A stretch of DNA of 63,262 nt, counting the filler, from Octopus bimaculoides (Eukaryota): NCBI RefSeq assembly GCF_001194135.2. It is 5 parts of 5 records of this genome, joined end to end, with 100 filler letters (N's around TTAATTAATTAA, not from the genome) between each part and the next. Parts side by side here need not be neighbours in the genome. Positions count along the whole stretch, not along the records: positions 1 to 14,542 come from NC_069000.1; positions 14,643 to 43,246 come from NC_068982.1; 3 more parts are not named here. One strand, given 5' to 3'. The first letter of the stretch is position 1. Each line of letters starts with the position of its first letter. The notes below the pieces were generated by a model that was given only the letters and a program-made list of their open reading frames with translations, ran no database searches and was not told where the DNA came from. This document shows positions 12,811-24,932 of this stretch, in pieces. A program made the translations under genes and the position numbers.

Positions 12811-13012
12811 CTTTGGCACGAGACCAGCAATTTTGAGGGAGGGGTTAAATCGATTACATCCACCCCAGTACTCAACTCGACCCCAAAAGTACTCAAGCCC
12901 TAAAGGACACAAGGCAAAGTCGACCTCGACGGAATTTGATCTCAGAACGGAAAGACGTACGAAATGCCGCTAAGCATTTTGCCCGACGTGCTAACCAGTC
13001 TGACAGCTGGCA
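12811..13012 (-). mobile_element. tRNA-derived SINE, family A (second tandem copy)
   Basis: Same layout as 12569-12768, separated from it by (TAA)n. Confidence 0.85.
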
Positions 13013-13068
13013 GCTATATCTGTCTATATGATATTCATTATGTCTAATAGAAGATAATTCTCCACCTT

Positions 13069-13140
<72 letters not shown>

Positions 13141-14384
13141 CCTTTACATCGCTTCCTGTACCTTAAAATTTCGTCTGTACAAGATTATTCAATCAATCAG
13201 TGAATAAAATAAAGAATTAATCGATATTTATGCATAAAAAAATTCAATAAAATAAAAAAAAGTAGGGTGAAGATGAAGGAGATTTACTTCCGTGAGATGA
13301 ATGAACTAAATTTAGTTGGCTACCAAATAGAAAATTTAAATTATATTAATTTACGTTGTTGTAAAGACATTTAAACAGAAGTGCCAAAAGGAAAACGTAT
13401 TCTATAAATAGAAGCTACTATATTGTAATTAATTAGTTGGTTATATGAATTATGTTCATATTTGGAAGAAAAATATCTATTAATGTTGAAACTTAATGAT
13501 TAACTGAAGCTGAAGAGGGGAGAAAATAAAGAGCACTGCTGAGGAGGGTGTGACAGTGTGACGTAATAAAATGGTATATACGTATGGGCATGTGTGTTTG
13601 TATATGCATGTGTGTGTATGTGTATCCGTGTTGTGCACGTTTGTGTGTGTTAATTGCTAATTAGATATGTAAGTTTATGTAAATGGACAATAGTTTCTAT
13701 TTAATTTTTGTTATAGGGAGTTGACTATGTGCGTATGGGTGCTGCATATTTTTATATGTAAATACATCTAAAATATTTCCTAGTGCCCTGGGACCCATAA
13801 GATCGTTTGACTGCTTTCCATTGCGTATAAGTGACTAAAACCCACAACAACCCCACTGAACGGGACGCAGTTGGTCGCAGGGGTGAGCCATTTATAGACG
13901 AGTGTTCAGAAGCAATGAAAAATGAAGTGGTTTGCTCATGAACACAACACAACGCCTGGTCTTAGAATCGAAACCATAGTCTTGCTATCTTGAATACAAC
14001 ACCCTTACCAATCGGAAACGCATCTGCACTGTTTCAAGCGTATATGTGATTCAAGTTCCTTTCTTATATAAGAGCAGTGATTCTCAAAGGGGATCCATAT
14101 GGCTCTTGTGGGGCCATAGAAGATTTTGTTACTAAAATTTTGTGTAAGAAATTGGTAATACTTCTACAATACAATGTTTTGGCAATTTTTTTCTACAGGC
14201 GCAGGCGTGGCTGAGTGGTAAGAAGCTTGCTTCCCAACCATATCAAAGCGTTCCAGTGGTTCCAAACCATTCTTTTTTACCTATGGACTCCTTTCATTTC
14301 AGTTTTCCTCAAGTGGGCTCTCATAACCATTCAATGTTCAAAAAAATCCTATTATACTTTTTTTAGGAATTAATTTTTTATTCT

Positions 14385-14542
14385 TTTACTTGTTTCAGTC
14401 GTTTGACTGCGGCCATGCTAGAGCACCGCCTTTAGTCGAACAAATCGACTCCAGGATTTATTCTTTGTAAGCTAGTACTTATTCTGTCGGCCTCTAGTCC
14501 CCGAACCGCTAAGTTACGGGGACGTAAACACACCAACATCAG
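14385..14542 (-). mobile_element. SINE family B, 3' part (cut by a gap)
   Basis: cttttacttgtttcagtc...gaaccgctaagttacggggacgtaaacac. Confidence 0.8.
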
Positions 14543-14642
14543 NNNNNNNNNNNNNNNNNNNNNNNNNNNNNNNNNNNNNNNNNNNNTTAATTAATTAANN
14601 NNNNNNNNNNNNNNNNNNNNNNNNNNNNNNNNNNNNNNNNNN
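14543..14642. other. Artificial 100-bp scaffold gap (44 N + TTAATTAATTAA + 44 N); also at 43247-43345, 56107-56206 and 59873-59972
   Basis: The same 12-mer, with stops in all six frames, sits centred in four N-runs. Confidence 0.95.
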
Positions 14643-14928
14643 CGTTGCCAGTGCCGCTGGACTGGCTCTTGTGCGGGTGGCACATAAAAGACACCATTTT
14701 CGAGCGTGGCCGTTGCCAGTACCGCCTGACTGGCCTTCGTGCGGGTGACATGTAAAAGCACCCTCTACACTCTCGGAGTGGTTGGTGTTAGGAAGGGCAT
14801 CCAGCTGTAGAAACTCTGCCAAATCAGATTGGAGCCTGGTGTAGCCATCTGGTTTCACTAGTCCTCAGTCAAATCGCCCAACCCATGCTAGCATGGAAAG
14901 CGGACATTAAACGATGATGATGATGATG
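14643..14928 (+). mobile_element. RTE 3'UTR/tail-derived repeat (tandem units, aggaagggcatccagctg domain, (GAT)n)
   Basis: Closely matches the 3'UTR of the RTE copies at 20854-21300 and 30300-30762. Confidence 0.85.
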
Positions 14929-15110
14929 AATGAAGAGCTGGTGAAGGAGTTAAGATCCCTACATTCAATTCAATTCTCCCTCTTTCTCGCTTCTCTTTCA
15001 GGCTCATTTATTATTGTTATTCATTCATTTATCTAATGTTGTCACAGTTTCGCTGACCGAAAACTGTTGGCCATAGCTCTAGTTTAACAATGCAAATGTC
15101 CAATTCAATC

Positions 15111-15527
15111 TCATCATCATCATTTAACATCCGCTTTCCATGCTAGCATGGGCTGGACGCTTTGACTTAGGACTGGTGAACCAGATGACTGCACCAGGCT
15201 CCAATCTGATTTGGCAGAGTTTCTACAGCTGGATGCTCTTCCTAACACCAACCACTCTGAGAGTGTAGTGGGTGCTTTTACGTGCCACCGGCACGAAGGC
15301 CAGTCAGGAGGTACTGGCAACGGCCAAGCTCAAAATGGTGTATTTTATGTGTCACCTGCACAGGAGCCAATCCAGTGGCATTGGCAATAACCTAGCTCGA
15401 ATGTCTTTTTACATGCCGCCGGCACAAGTGCCAGGAAGGTGACGCTGGTAACGATCACGCTCAAATGATACCTTTTATGTGCCACTGGCACGGAAGCCAA
15501 ACAGCTGCTCTGGCAATGATCACGATC

Positions 15528-15530
<3 letters not shown>
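15111..15530 (-). mobile_element. RTE 3'UTR/tail-derived repeat
   Basis: Reverse complement of the same 3'UTR. Starts with a (CAT)n tail. Confidence 0.85.
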
Positions 15531-15566
<36 letters not shown>

Positions 15567-15959
15567 TTTCCCACCAGCAGCCAGAGNNNNNNNNNNNNNN
15601 NNNNNNNNNNNNNNNNNNNNNNNNNNNNNNNNNNNNNNNNNNNNNNNNNNNNNNNNNNNNNNNNNNNNNNNNNNNNNNNNNNNNNNNNNNNNNNNNNNNN
15701 NNNNNNNNNNNNNNNNNNNNNNNNNNNNNNNNNNNNNNNNNNNNNNNNNNATCCTCTCACCTCTATTAGATGTCTTTCCCCTAAACATCTCCAACGGCTT
15801 AAATGTTTCCCCCATCCCTTCTTAGTGTTTATCTCCCATGGAATGTAGTGATTATGTAGTGTATGCAGGTTGAAGGCTATTGTATGTTTATGAGTTCTGC
15901 CAAATGTGAGCTTTCTTTTCATATACATGATGCTGCTGTCCCCCATCCCAGGGTCTCAT

Positions 15960-18201
15960 GGGCTCACACCTACCACACCCTGTGAGTTGGCACACTTAAT
16001 ATTGGCACGTTGAAAAGTACATCTGGTGAGATTGTTGAGTTGACTGAATGGAAACATGTAGATTTGTGCTGCATCCAAGAAGTAAGGTGGGAAGCTAGTT
16101 CTGCTAGGTTCCTCACAGGCAAAGAACATAGGTATAAGATTTTCTGGGTAGGGAACCCTGACAAGGTCAGGTGTGTGGATATACTTCTTGCAGATAAATG
16201 GGTTGATAAGGTAATCGAGGTAGTCAGAGTCTGTGATAGAACACTTAATCTTAGATTAGTGCTGCAACATGGATTAGCAACCATTTTCTTGGTTTATATC
16301 CATCAGCCAGGGCTAACTGATGAACAGAAAGACCGATTTTATGACACCCTCCTGCAGACTACCTTGTTGATGAATGACAGGGACCTTCTCATTGTGACTG
16401 GTGACTTCAGTGGGCATGTTGAACAAGAGGCAGGGAACTTCCATGGTGTACATGGTGGCTATGGATTTGGTTCCCGCAATGAGGAGGGAATCAGGCTGCT
16501 GAAGTTCTGTGATGCAAATGACTTTATGGTTTGTAACACTAACTTCAGGAAACCTGCCAGTCATCTATTCACCTACCGGTCTGGTGGATACACAATGGCT
16601 ACTTATAAATGCCAAAGCCTTCCCAGGTGAAGAATGCACCCCACAACATAGGTTAGAAGTTAGTGACTACAGGATCAGGGCTAAATAGATGCCCAGAAGA
16701 CGACCAGCATAGAAAAGAAGGGTCTGGAAACTTAAGGATCTTGTGAATGGACAGAGATTTAGAGACGTATTATTCAAAGATTTTGACGATGAAGAGGAGA
16801 ATATACCATCACATAATGTGGAAGACAACTGGGGGTTTCTACAGGACAACTTGTTGAGGGCTATTGACCAGATCTGTGGATGATGCAAAGTCCCCTCTCG
16901 ACATAAGGCAACGTGGTGATGGAACAATGTAGTTGACAGGGTCATCAGGCAAAAGAAACAGGCATGGAAAGACTGGAAGAACGGTAGTAGCAGAGAACTG
17001 TATCAGATCACAAGAAGGGAAGCTAGGAGACAGCTTTATTTAGCCAGAGGGGAAGCAGATAAGAAGAAATTTGCCACTGCTCTGTGTTGTGAGGACCAAA
17101 GACTTGAAGTGTTTTGTGTTGCAAGACAGTGTGTGAGAGAGAATTGTGATGTCATAGGAGAGAAATGTGTCCACATGGATGATGGTGCACTTGCATTTAA
17201 TGAGGCTGCAAAGAGAGAGGTTTGGAGATGCCACTATGAAAGGTTGCTAAATGAAGAGAATAAATGGGAAGAAGAGAGTCAGCCACATGTCAACCCAACA
17301 GAGGGACCAGCTATCTGAATTGACAGTACCTTGGTAGATAGAGCAATTAAGGGTATGAAGACAGGGAAAGCCCCCGGCCCATCAGGAATCACTGCAGAGA
17401 TGCTTAAAATATCTGGCAGAGTCAGCTATAGTCTAGTCACCCGTATTGTTAACCAGGTGATACACGAAGGAGTCATACCCAATGACTGGTGTAACAGCAC
17501 CATAGTCAACTGCTACAAAGATAAAGGTGACGCTTGAAATACAAATAATTACAGAGGTATCAAATTGTTGGATCAGGTAATGAAAGTCACAGAGAGGGTC
17601 ATAGCCCAACTAATTAGGGAGAGGGTCAGTCTAGACGAGATGCAGTCTGGTTTTGTGCCAGGTATAAGCACCACTGATGCTATATTTCTGGTAAGGCAAC
17701 TGCAGGAGAAATACCTAGCCAAAGATAAACCTCTGTACTTGGCTTTTGTTGACATGGAGAAAGCCTTTGTCAGGGTCTCTTGATCCCTTATCTGGTGGTC
17801 AATGAGGAAACTAGGGATAGATGAGTGATTAGTGAGAGCTGTATGAGCCATGTACAGGGATGCTGTCAGTAAGGTGAAGGTTGGCAATGAGTACAGTGAA
17901 GAATTCTGGGTAGCTGTCCACCAAGGATCAGTCCTCAGCCCCCTCTTATTCATCATAGTCTTCTAGGCAATAACAGAGGAATTCATGAGAGGATGCCCCT
18001 GGGAGCTTCTCTATGCTGATGACTTTGCTTTAATAGCTGAGTCACTATCAGAACTAGAGGAGAAGTTTCAGGTATGAAAGCAAGATCTAGAATCAAAGGG
18101 CCTTAGAGTCAATCTAGCAAAAACCAAAGTCTTAGTAAGTAGGAAGGCAGACAAATCACAAATCCTTTCAAGTAGATGGCCCTGCTCGATCTGTAGAAAA
18201 G
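15960..18201 (+). mobile_element. RTE-clade LINE, degenerate (APE endonuclease plus RT, 3'-truncated)
   Basis: APE motifs GTLNIGT, CIQEVRW, GDFSGH, NTNF. RT motifs GKAPGPSG, QSGF, LAFVDMEKAF, LLYADD. Multiple stops and frameshifts. Ends at WPCSICRK. Confidence 0.95.
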
Positions 18202-18850
18202 GCATTGCTAGGAATAAAAGTCAAAGAGGAGACAACCTCCTCACCACAACTGAGTGGCATGCTGAATTCACGTGAAATTTAATGCTCATCAGTAATGCTT
18301 ACTCCATAGTGTATGGTGATGTTAAATTCTACCCTGCCAGTATAGATAGAGTTTACCATACGACTAGGAGTTTACCAGTGACTGATTCCACAAAATAGTA
18401 AAGTGAAAATTATAAAATAATTAAAGTGGCTAGACACAATTCAAAACCAAAAAGGAAATAATTCACCGTCCCTAAAATGTAGTGAATGGTGCAGGGAATA
18501 CCAGCATTGCTAGAAATAAGAGTCAAAGAATTCTTCAGCTACAGAAAGTACATTTTCTATTTACTGACAGGGGAGACAACCTCCCCAAAGAGAGAGAGAG
18601 AGAGCAGAAGAGCATAATTTCACAAATAATTCATATTTCACTTCAGCAACAGCTATTTCATTAGCAATAAACATTGATAATTACAGAGTTACATAATTAT
18701 GGTGCATAATTAATTGAAATCTAATTTAAAGCAATATTTATCTCAAATAATCAGGAATATTATGATTTGTGTCAGCCAGAAACAATTATGGGCTGAATAA
18801 GGGGGACAGAAACCAATAGGAGAATGAATATGTGTGTCTGTGTTTTTACA

Positions 18851-18901
<51 letters not shown>

Positions 18902-19329
18902 TTGCATACTGCAGCCTCCTGAGCACCACCAACATGGCTCCAACAGTCTAGTCAGCAGTAAGGAAAGCCACAGGTCAGCCCAGCAAGCCAACTTACTTTG
19001 AGAGGAAGTAGTAGTTATAGAAGTCAGGAGAGTTGACAATAACAAACAAAACCATTGAGTATAAGCAAAATAAAAGAACTTTAATTGTGAATAAAAATTC
19101 ATGGAGTATATTTTAGTGAGTTCTTTCGTTTACCTCTAAAATGTGTAGAATCAAGTTCTTTTGGTGAGCTCTTCTTTAATTCACCAGCCAAAGGATTTAT
19201 TTTTTCATCTTTTCACGACTGGACTCTGTTGTTACTTCCGATTCATGTTAATCCAGTAGCCAACTTCTATAGATTGTGAAGGAGTTTGTGACTTCTCTCT
19301 ATAGTAACCGGCACCCATGCCAACGTCTC

Positions 19330-19766
19330 TTTCATTGAACACTAAACTCGGTTTGCAAAGACCTGTTGGGCCAAGCGAAGGGTCGTGATGGCACCTGTAG
19401 CAGTGGAGCACTAAGAGCACTGTCTGAGCGTCGTCTTCCTGGCACTTGTGCCAGTGGTATGTGAAAAGACATTTGAGCGAGGTTGTTGCCAGTGCTGCTG
19501 GACTGGCTCCTATGCAGGTGGCACGTAAAATACACCATTTTGTGCGTGGCTGTTGCCAGTACCGCCTGACTGGCCTTCATGCGGGTGACACGTAAAAGCA
19601 CCCACTACACTCTCGGAGTGGTTGGCGTTAGGAAGGGCATCCAGCTGTAGAAACTCTGCCAAATCAGATTGGAGCCTGGTGTAGCCATCTGGTTTCACCA
19701 GTCCTCAGTCAATTCGTCCAACCCATGCTAGCATGGAAAGCAGATGTTAAACGATGATGATGATGA
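19330..19766 (+). mobile_element. RTE 3'UTR/tail-derived repeat
   Basis: Same family, with a (GAT)n tail at 19753-19766. Confidence 0.85.
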
Positions 19767-20853
19767 TATACACACACACTATTTTTATACCATATTATAT
19801 CCTTTCAGATTTTTTCAAAATGTTGATAATTTTTTTATATACATATTTTTCCAAGGTTTTTAAATAAGTGTACCTGTTACAGAAATATCATATTTTTTAG
19901 CCCTTAATCTTTGGTTTTGAGACAATAGAAAATGTATACCCCTACTCAGATGATATCTGAATTTTATTACAGATTCATTGTTGAATAGTTTTATCTAGAA
20001 CACCTTAACATTATGCTAGAAATAAGCATTATGAGGTTTCTTTTTATATAAAAGGACCCCACTCTTATGGCTTACATTGTTTTATCTATCCTTCTTTTAC
20101 TGGGTCCTTATATCCTTTTCTAAATTTTAATATTTTAGTAGATAAGTTTAGATGCACATTCCTACCCCCACCCCACCCCGTATTCCTAGTTCTCACGCTT
20201 AGATCTCAATATGACCTCCTTTGTTTTTCCATTTTAGGTGCCTTTTAGTTTATAATGGTAATATGTTAGACCACCCCTCTTTCTGGTTATCACCTTGTCT
20301 TAATATTATCTCACTACCATCTTCTGAGACATTTTCTTTTATGTAGGGATGGCAGACTTTATGAAATAAGGGTAAGAAAGAGTATCTGACATTAATTAAT
20401 TTATCACCAACAACAAGAACTGTCAATTCCCAATGGTTTCAATTCTAAGGGGATGTAGACTATTTGCTGCATTAGGTCTGTTGAATGTGATAAGGGGAAA
20501 AAATGAATGTCGCTCTATCACCATTCCTTTTTATTGACCCCAATTATTGCCTTCTGCCACTCTTAATTATAGAAGGATTTAGGTATTCTTTTCCCCTAAA
20601 TTCATTCTGCTACAAGAATAGCAGAAAGAAGCAATGTATTTTAGTCTCTGGTACTGATGAAAAATTTGCTAAAAAAATTATATGGAGTATCCTGTATGTT
20701 GGAAATCTATCTGGTCGTATGTTTCCGAGGAGAGCAGTTTCTTTCAAACTGATGTTATGTTTGCAATGATCAATTAAATAAAACCGCTTGAAACAGCCAT
20801 AATGTGCTGATGCCTGGACATCCTTGTTACTTATTTGTGTTATATATATATAT

Positions 20854-22550
20854 ATCATCATTGTTTAACGTCCACTTTCCATGCTGGCATGGGTTGGACG
20901 ATTTGACTGAGGACTAGCGAACCAGATGGCTGCACCAGGCTCCAATCTGATTTGGCAGAGTTTCTACAGCTGGATGCCCTTCCTAACGCCAACCACTCCA
21001 AGAGTGTAGTAGGTGCTTTTTACGTGCCACCGGCACAAGGGCCAGTCAGGCGCTACTGGTAATGGTCATGTTCAAGTGGTGTTTTTTACATGCCACCTGC
21101 TCAGGAGCCAGTCCAGCGGCACTAGCAACGACCTCGCTCAAATGATTTTTCATGTGCCAGTAAGGCGATGCTGGTAACGATCACCCTCAAATGGTGCCTT
21201 TTATGTGCCACCAGCGTGGAAGCCAGTCAGCAATCATGCTCAGATGGTGCTCTTAACGCTCCATTGGCATGGGTGCCAGTCATCGAATTTACAAATTTGA
21301 TTTGATTTTGATTTCACTTGCCTCAACGGGTCTTCGCAACAGGTCTTGCCGGGTCTTCTCACGCACTGCATATTTCCAAAAGTCTCGGTCACTAGTCATT
21401 GCCTCGGTGAGGCTTAGTGTTTGAAGGTCGTGCTTCACCACCTCATCCCAGGTCTTCCTCTTCCACAGGTTTCCTCAACCACTAGGATGTGACACTTTTT
21501 CACACAGCTATCCTCATCCATTCTCGCCACATGACCATACCAGCGCAGTCATCTCACTTGCACACTACATCTGATGCTTCTTAGGTCCAACTTTTCTCTC
21601 AAGGTACTTACAATGTCGAGTATGCACACTGACATTACACATCCATCAGAGCATACTGGCTTCATTCCCTGCAAGCTTACACATGTCCTCAGCAGTCACA
21701 GCCCATGTTTCACTGCCATGTAGCATGGCTGTTCGTACACATGCGTCATACAGTCTGCCTTTTACTCTGAACGAGAGTCCCTTTGTCACCAGCAGAGGTA
21801 AGAGCTCTCTGAACTTTGCCCAGGCTATTCTTATTCTAGCAGCTACACTTTCAGCGCACCCTCCCCCACTACTAACTTGGTCACCTAGGTAACGGAAGCT
21901 ATTAACTACTTCTAGTTTTCTCCCTGGAATGTTCTCTGCATATTCTCAGTGTTTATTGCTCCTGAGCATCTGCCACATACAAAAACTATCTTCCCAGTTA
22001 GCCTTCTTTTGATATTGCTGCACCTCTTATGTGTCCATAGCTTACACTGGGTACATCTTAGAATTTCTACCTACACCTTTTCTACAGATCAAGCAGGGCC
22101 ATCTACCTGAAGGGATTTGTAGTTTGTCTGCCTTCCTACTTATTAGGACTTTGGTTTTAGCTAGGTTGACTCTAAGGCCCTTTGATTCTAATCCTTGCTT
22201 CCACACCTGAAACTTCTCCTCTAGTTCTGATAGTGACTCAGCAATTAGCACAAGGTCGTCAGCACAGAGGGGCTCTCAGGGGCATCCTGTCTTGAATTCC
22301 TGTGTTATTTACTGGAGGACTATGATAAATAGTGGGGAGATGAGGACTAATCCTTGGTGGACCCCTACCTCTACCTGGAATTCTTCACTGTACTCGTTGC
22401 CAACCCTCACCTTACTGAGGGCATCCCTGTACATGGCTTGCACAGCTCTCACTAACCATTCTTCAATCCCTAGTTTCCTCATTGACCACCAGATAAGGGA
22501 TTGGGGAATCTTGTCAAAGACTTTCTCCATGTCAACGAAAGCCAGGTACA
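20854..22550 (-). mobile_element. RTE-clade LINE, 5'-truncated (RT, Cys-rich insert, ORF end, 3'UTR with tandem units, (GAT)n tail)
   Basis: YLAFVDMEKVFDKIP, GVHQG, WPCLICRKGVGRNS, RKTWDEVVKHDL..DFWKYAVREKTRQ. Runs continuously into the 3'UTR repeat and tail. Confidence 0.93.
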
Positions 22551-22653
22551 TAAGAGTTAAATGATGATGATGATGCATTGTACTTTTTAATTGCTACAAG
22601 AAATATTTTAATTATATTCAAAAGTTAATGATATTGTTGTTGCTGATTTTGTT

Positions 22654-22659
22654 TTTATT
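22654..22659 (-). promoter_or_regulatory. Candidate polyadenylation signal (AATAAA) for NMNAT
   Basis: First canonical AATAAA I found on the minus strand downstream of the stop codon (~970 nt). No transcript evidence. Confidence 0.3.
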
Positions 22660-22985
22660 GTTTTTCTTAAAATAATAACAAACAATGAAATCATTAACAA
22701 AAGTGGGAGATACAATGGTGTTGTGTCTTGCAGGTTTATACTTTGTTGATATTACACAATTATATTTCATTCATCAGCATTTTTACATCCCTTTCCTTAT
22801 CCTACCAAAGCTTGGACAGCTCAGGTTTCATACAGTATCCTCTCCACATGTTCTAATATATATTTATACATAAATAAATATAGAAAACAACTTGTTATTC
22901 ATCATTCATTTATACAAGCATAGTTGTGTGTGTATACATATGTATGTGTAAAAGAATTGATATGAATATAAAAATGTACCCAATA

Positions 22986-23460
22986 TAGGAGTGGCTGTGT
23001 GGTAAGTAGCTTGCTGTATAAGCGCAGGTAAGCAGCTTGAAATGCGTGGTAAGTAGCTTGAAATATAAGGGCAAGAGTAGCTGTGTGGTAAGTAGTTTGC
23101 TTACCAACCACATGGTTCCCGGTTCAGTTTCACTGCATGGTACCTTTGGCAAGTGTCTTCTACTATAGCCTTGAGCCGACCAAAGCCTTGTGAGTGGATT
23201 TGGTAGGCGGAAACTGAAAGAAGCCCATCGTATATATGTGTGTGTGTGTGTGTGTGTATGCATGTCTGTGCTTGTCCCCCCAACATCACTTGACAACTGA
23301 TGCTGGTGTGTTTACGTCCCCGTAACTTAGCGGTTCGGCAAAAGAGACTGATAGAATAAGTTTTTAGGCTTACAAAGAATAAGTCCTAGGGTCGATTTGC
23401 TCGACTAAAGGCGGTGCTCCAGCATGGCTGCAGTCAAATGACTGAAACAAGTAAAAGAAA
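22986..23460 (+). mobile_element. tRNA-derived SINE, family B, full length with a reiterated head
   Basis: Head ggagtggctgtgtggtaagtagcttgct, B box ggttcagtttc, internal (TG)n, 3' end ggcggtgctccagcatgg...gaaacaagtaaaag. Confidence 0.9.
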
Positions 23461-23627
23461 ATATATATATATTTATATAATAACAATAATCCTTGTGTTT
23501 GCATAGGTAATTACATCAACAATAAGCCACACAGAAAAGGCTAAGAGGAACAGTCAGAAGTTATTTTTAAGGGGGGGTTCTTGCTCAAGTATTTGTTTTT
23601 CCTTTTGCATGTTTTTAAAATTCTTCT

Positions 23628-23895
23628 TTAAACACATGTTTCCGGTGTAAAAGCCATTCTAGCACTTTTCACTTTACGCATCAAGCCACCAATATCTCCC
23701 ATACACGTCCTGCGCTTCGGTGAATTTTGAATGTAATCAGTTTCATCAAATTCCCTTTGCCTTTTTGGTGAATGAGATGAAGATTCTGTGGAACTGAAGG
23801 TTGATGATTGCAAAGACATTCCTTTCACTTCTACTACATTCTTGAATGTGTGGGAGTACATGAACTTTACAATCTCATTAAGATTCTTGTTAGAC
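23628..23895 (-). CDS. NMNAT: NMNAT terminal coding exon: C-terminal extension (SNKNLNEIVKF...SPKRQR...SPKRR...AFTPETCV*)
   Basis: Strong acceptor catttcttattctcag. Phase 2 matches the upstream donor. 268 nt open to TAA. No homology recognised, so the assignment rests on splice phase and the open frame. Confidence 0.75.
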
Positions 23896-24932
23896 CTGAG
23901 AATAAGAAATGAAATGATGAGTTGCAACCTTCTCTTTCACACATAATAAATATGCTCAACAGTGCTTTAGTAAACAATACAAACCAATATAAACAATGTA
24001 TTACAAGATGTATGTATGTATGTGTATAGATTGTTTGAAGTAGTGTACAAATTCTATGCATTAAGAAAAAGGAGGTAATCAGGATTTGGCTGAAAGCTAT
24101 TGATTGATTTGTTTTCACGGGCTTTGAAAGAAGGGATTTTGGGAGTGGTTATTTGAAATGTTCCAGATGTCATTTGGAATCTATATGTGTGTGTATTCCA
24201 GGGTAGTGCACAAGACTTACAAGGTGGGTATGCTCAAAACTTGCACTCAAATCCAAAGACAGGGGGAGCTCCACCCACACATCCCCATTTTATCTGGAGT
24301 CTATGAGGCCAATAAATTGTTACACCCCACCTACCTTTTTCAACCAATGCACTCAGCAATGGCCTTTGTCTCTGTGAGAAATTGTACATGCTGCAGCAGC
24401 AACTAGCTATATCTCCTAACAATAAAAATGAAGTGACATTCTCCTGATCTAATCAAGACTAATTTGAAATCATTAACAACTACTAATTATCCCATAAATT
24501 TTACCCTCACAACTTTTCTTTACATGAGAACCGGTCTTCTTACGATGACACTAATGACACTGAATGCAAGACATTAATGACCGATACCTTACATAAGTTT
24601 TTTTCTTCTGATACTTCCATAATATTTACTTCAACAATCTTCTGTAAACTTCCTTCAATGCTTCAATGTATATCATAAGAGCGAATTTAACACATAAAAG
24701 AGAAACAGACAAGTGCAAGATAAATCTTTCGGTGGCTTGATTTCTTGTCCCAATGCAATTGGTGCTAATAATGTTTAAAATCCTTTGTGGTCATTTCTAG
24801 TTTCAGTAGTTGTTCAGGTATCAGAGAAGACACTCGAGTAATCAGACAGGCTAAATACTGTGACATATGGTGGTGGCAACAACTTGATACAGGTAAAATT
24901 AAAAGAAAATTGAGTAGAAATTGAAAACTTAC

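Noticed and set aside
13353-13400. 47-nt signal-peptide-like minus-strand mini-exon (YVFLLALLFKCLYNN)
   Set aside because: Hydrophobic reads arise easily from T-rich DNA, and it could not be linked reliably to other exons.
14587-14598. TTAATTAATTAA palindrome repeated at four sites
   Set aside because: It is always centred in 100-bp N gaps, so it is an assembly linker, not biology.
14643-14760. Tandem ~60-bp units that could suggest a CRISPR-like array
   Set aside because: The context is eukaryotic, there are no unique spacers, and the units are part of the RTE 3'UTR.
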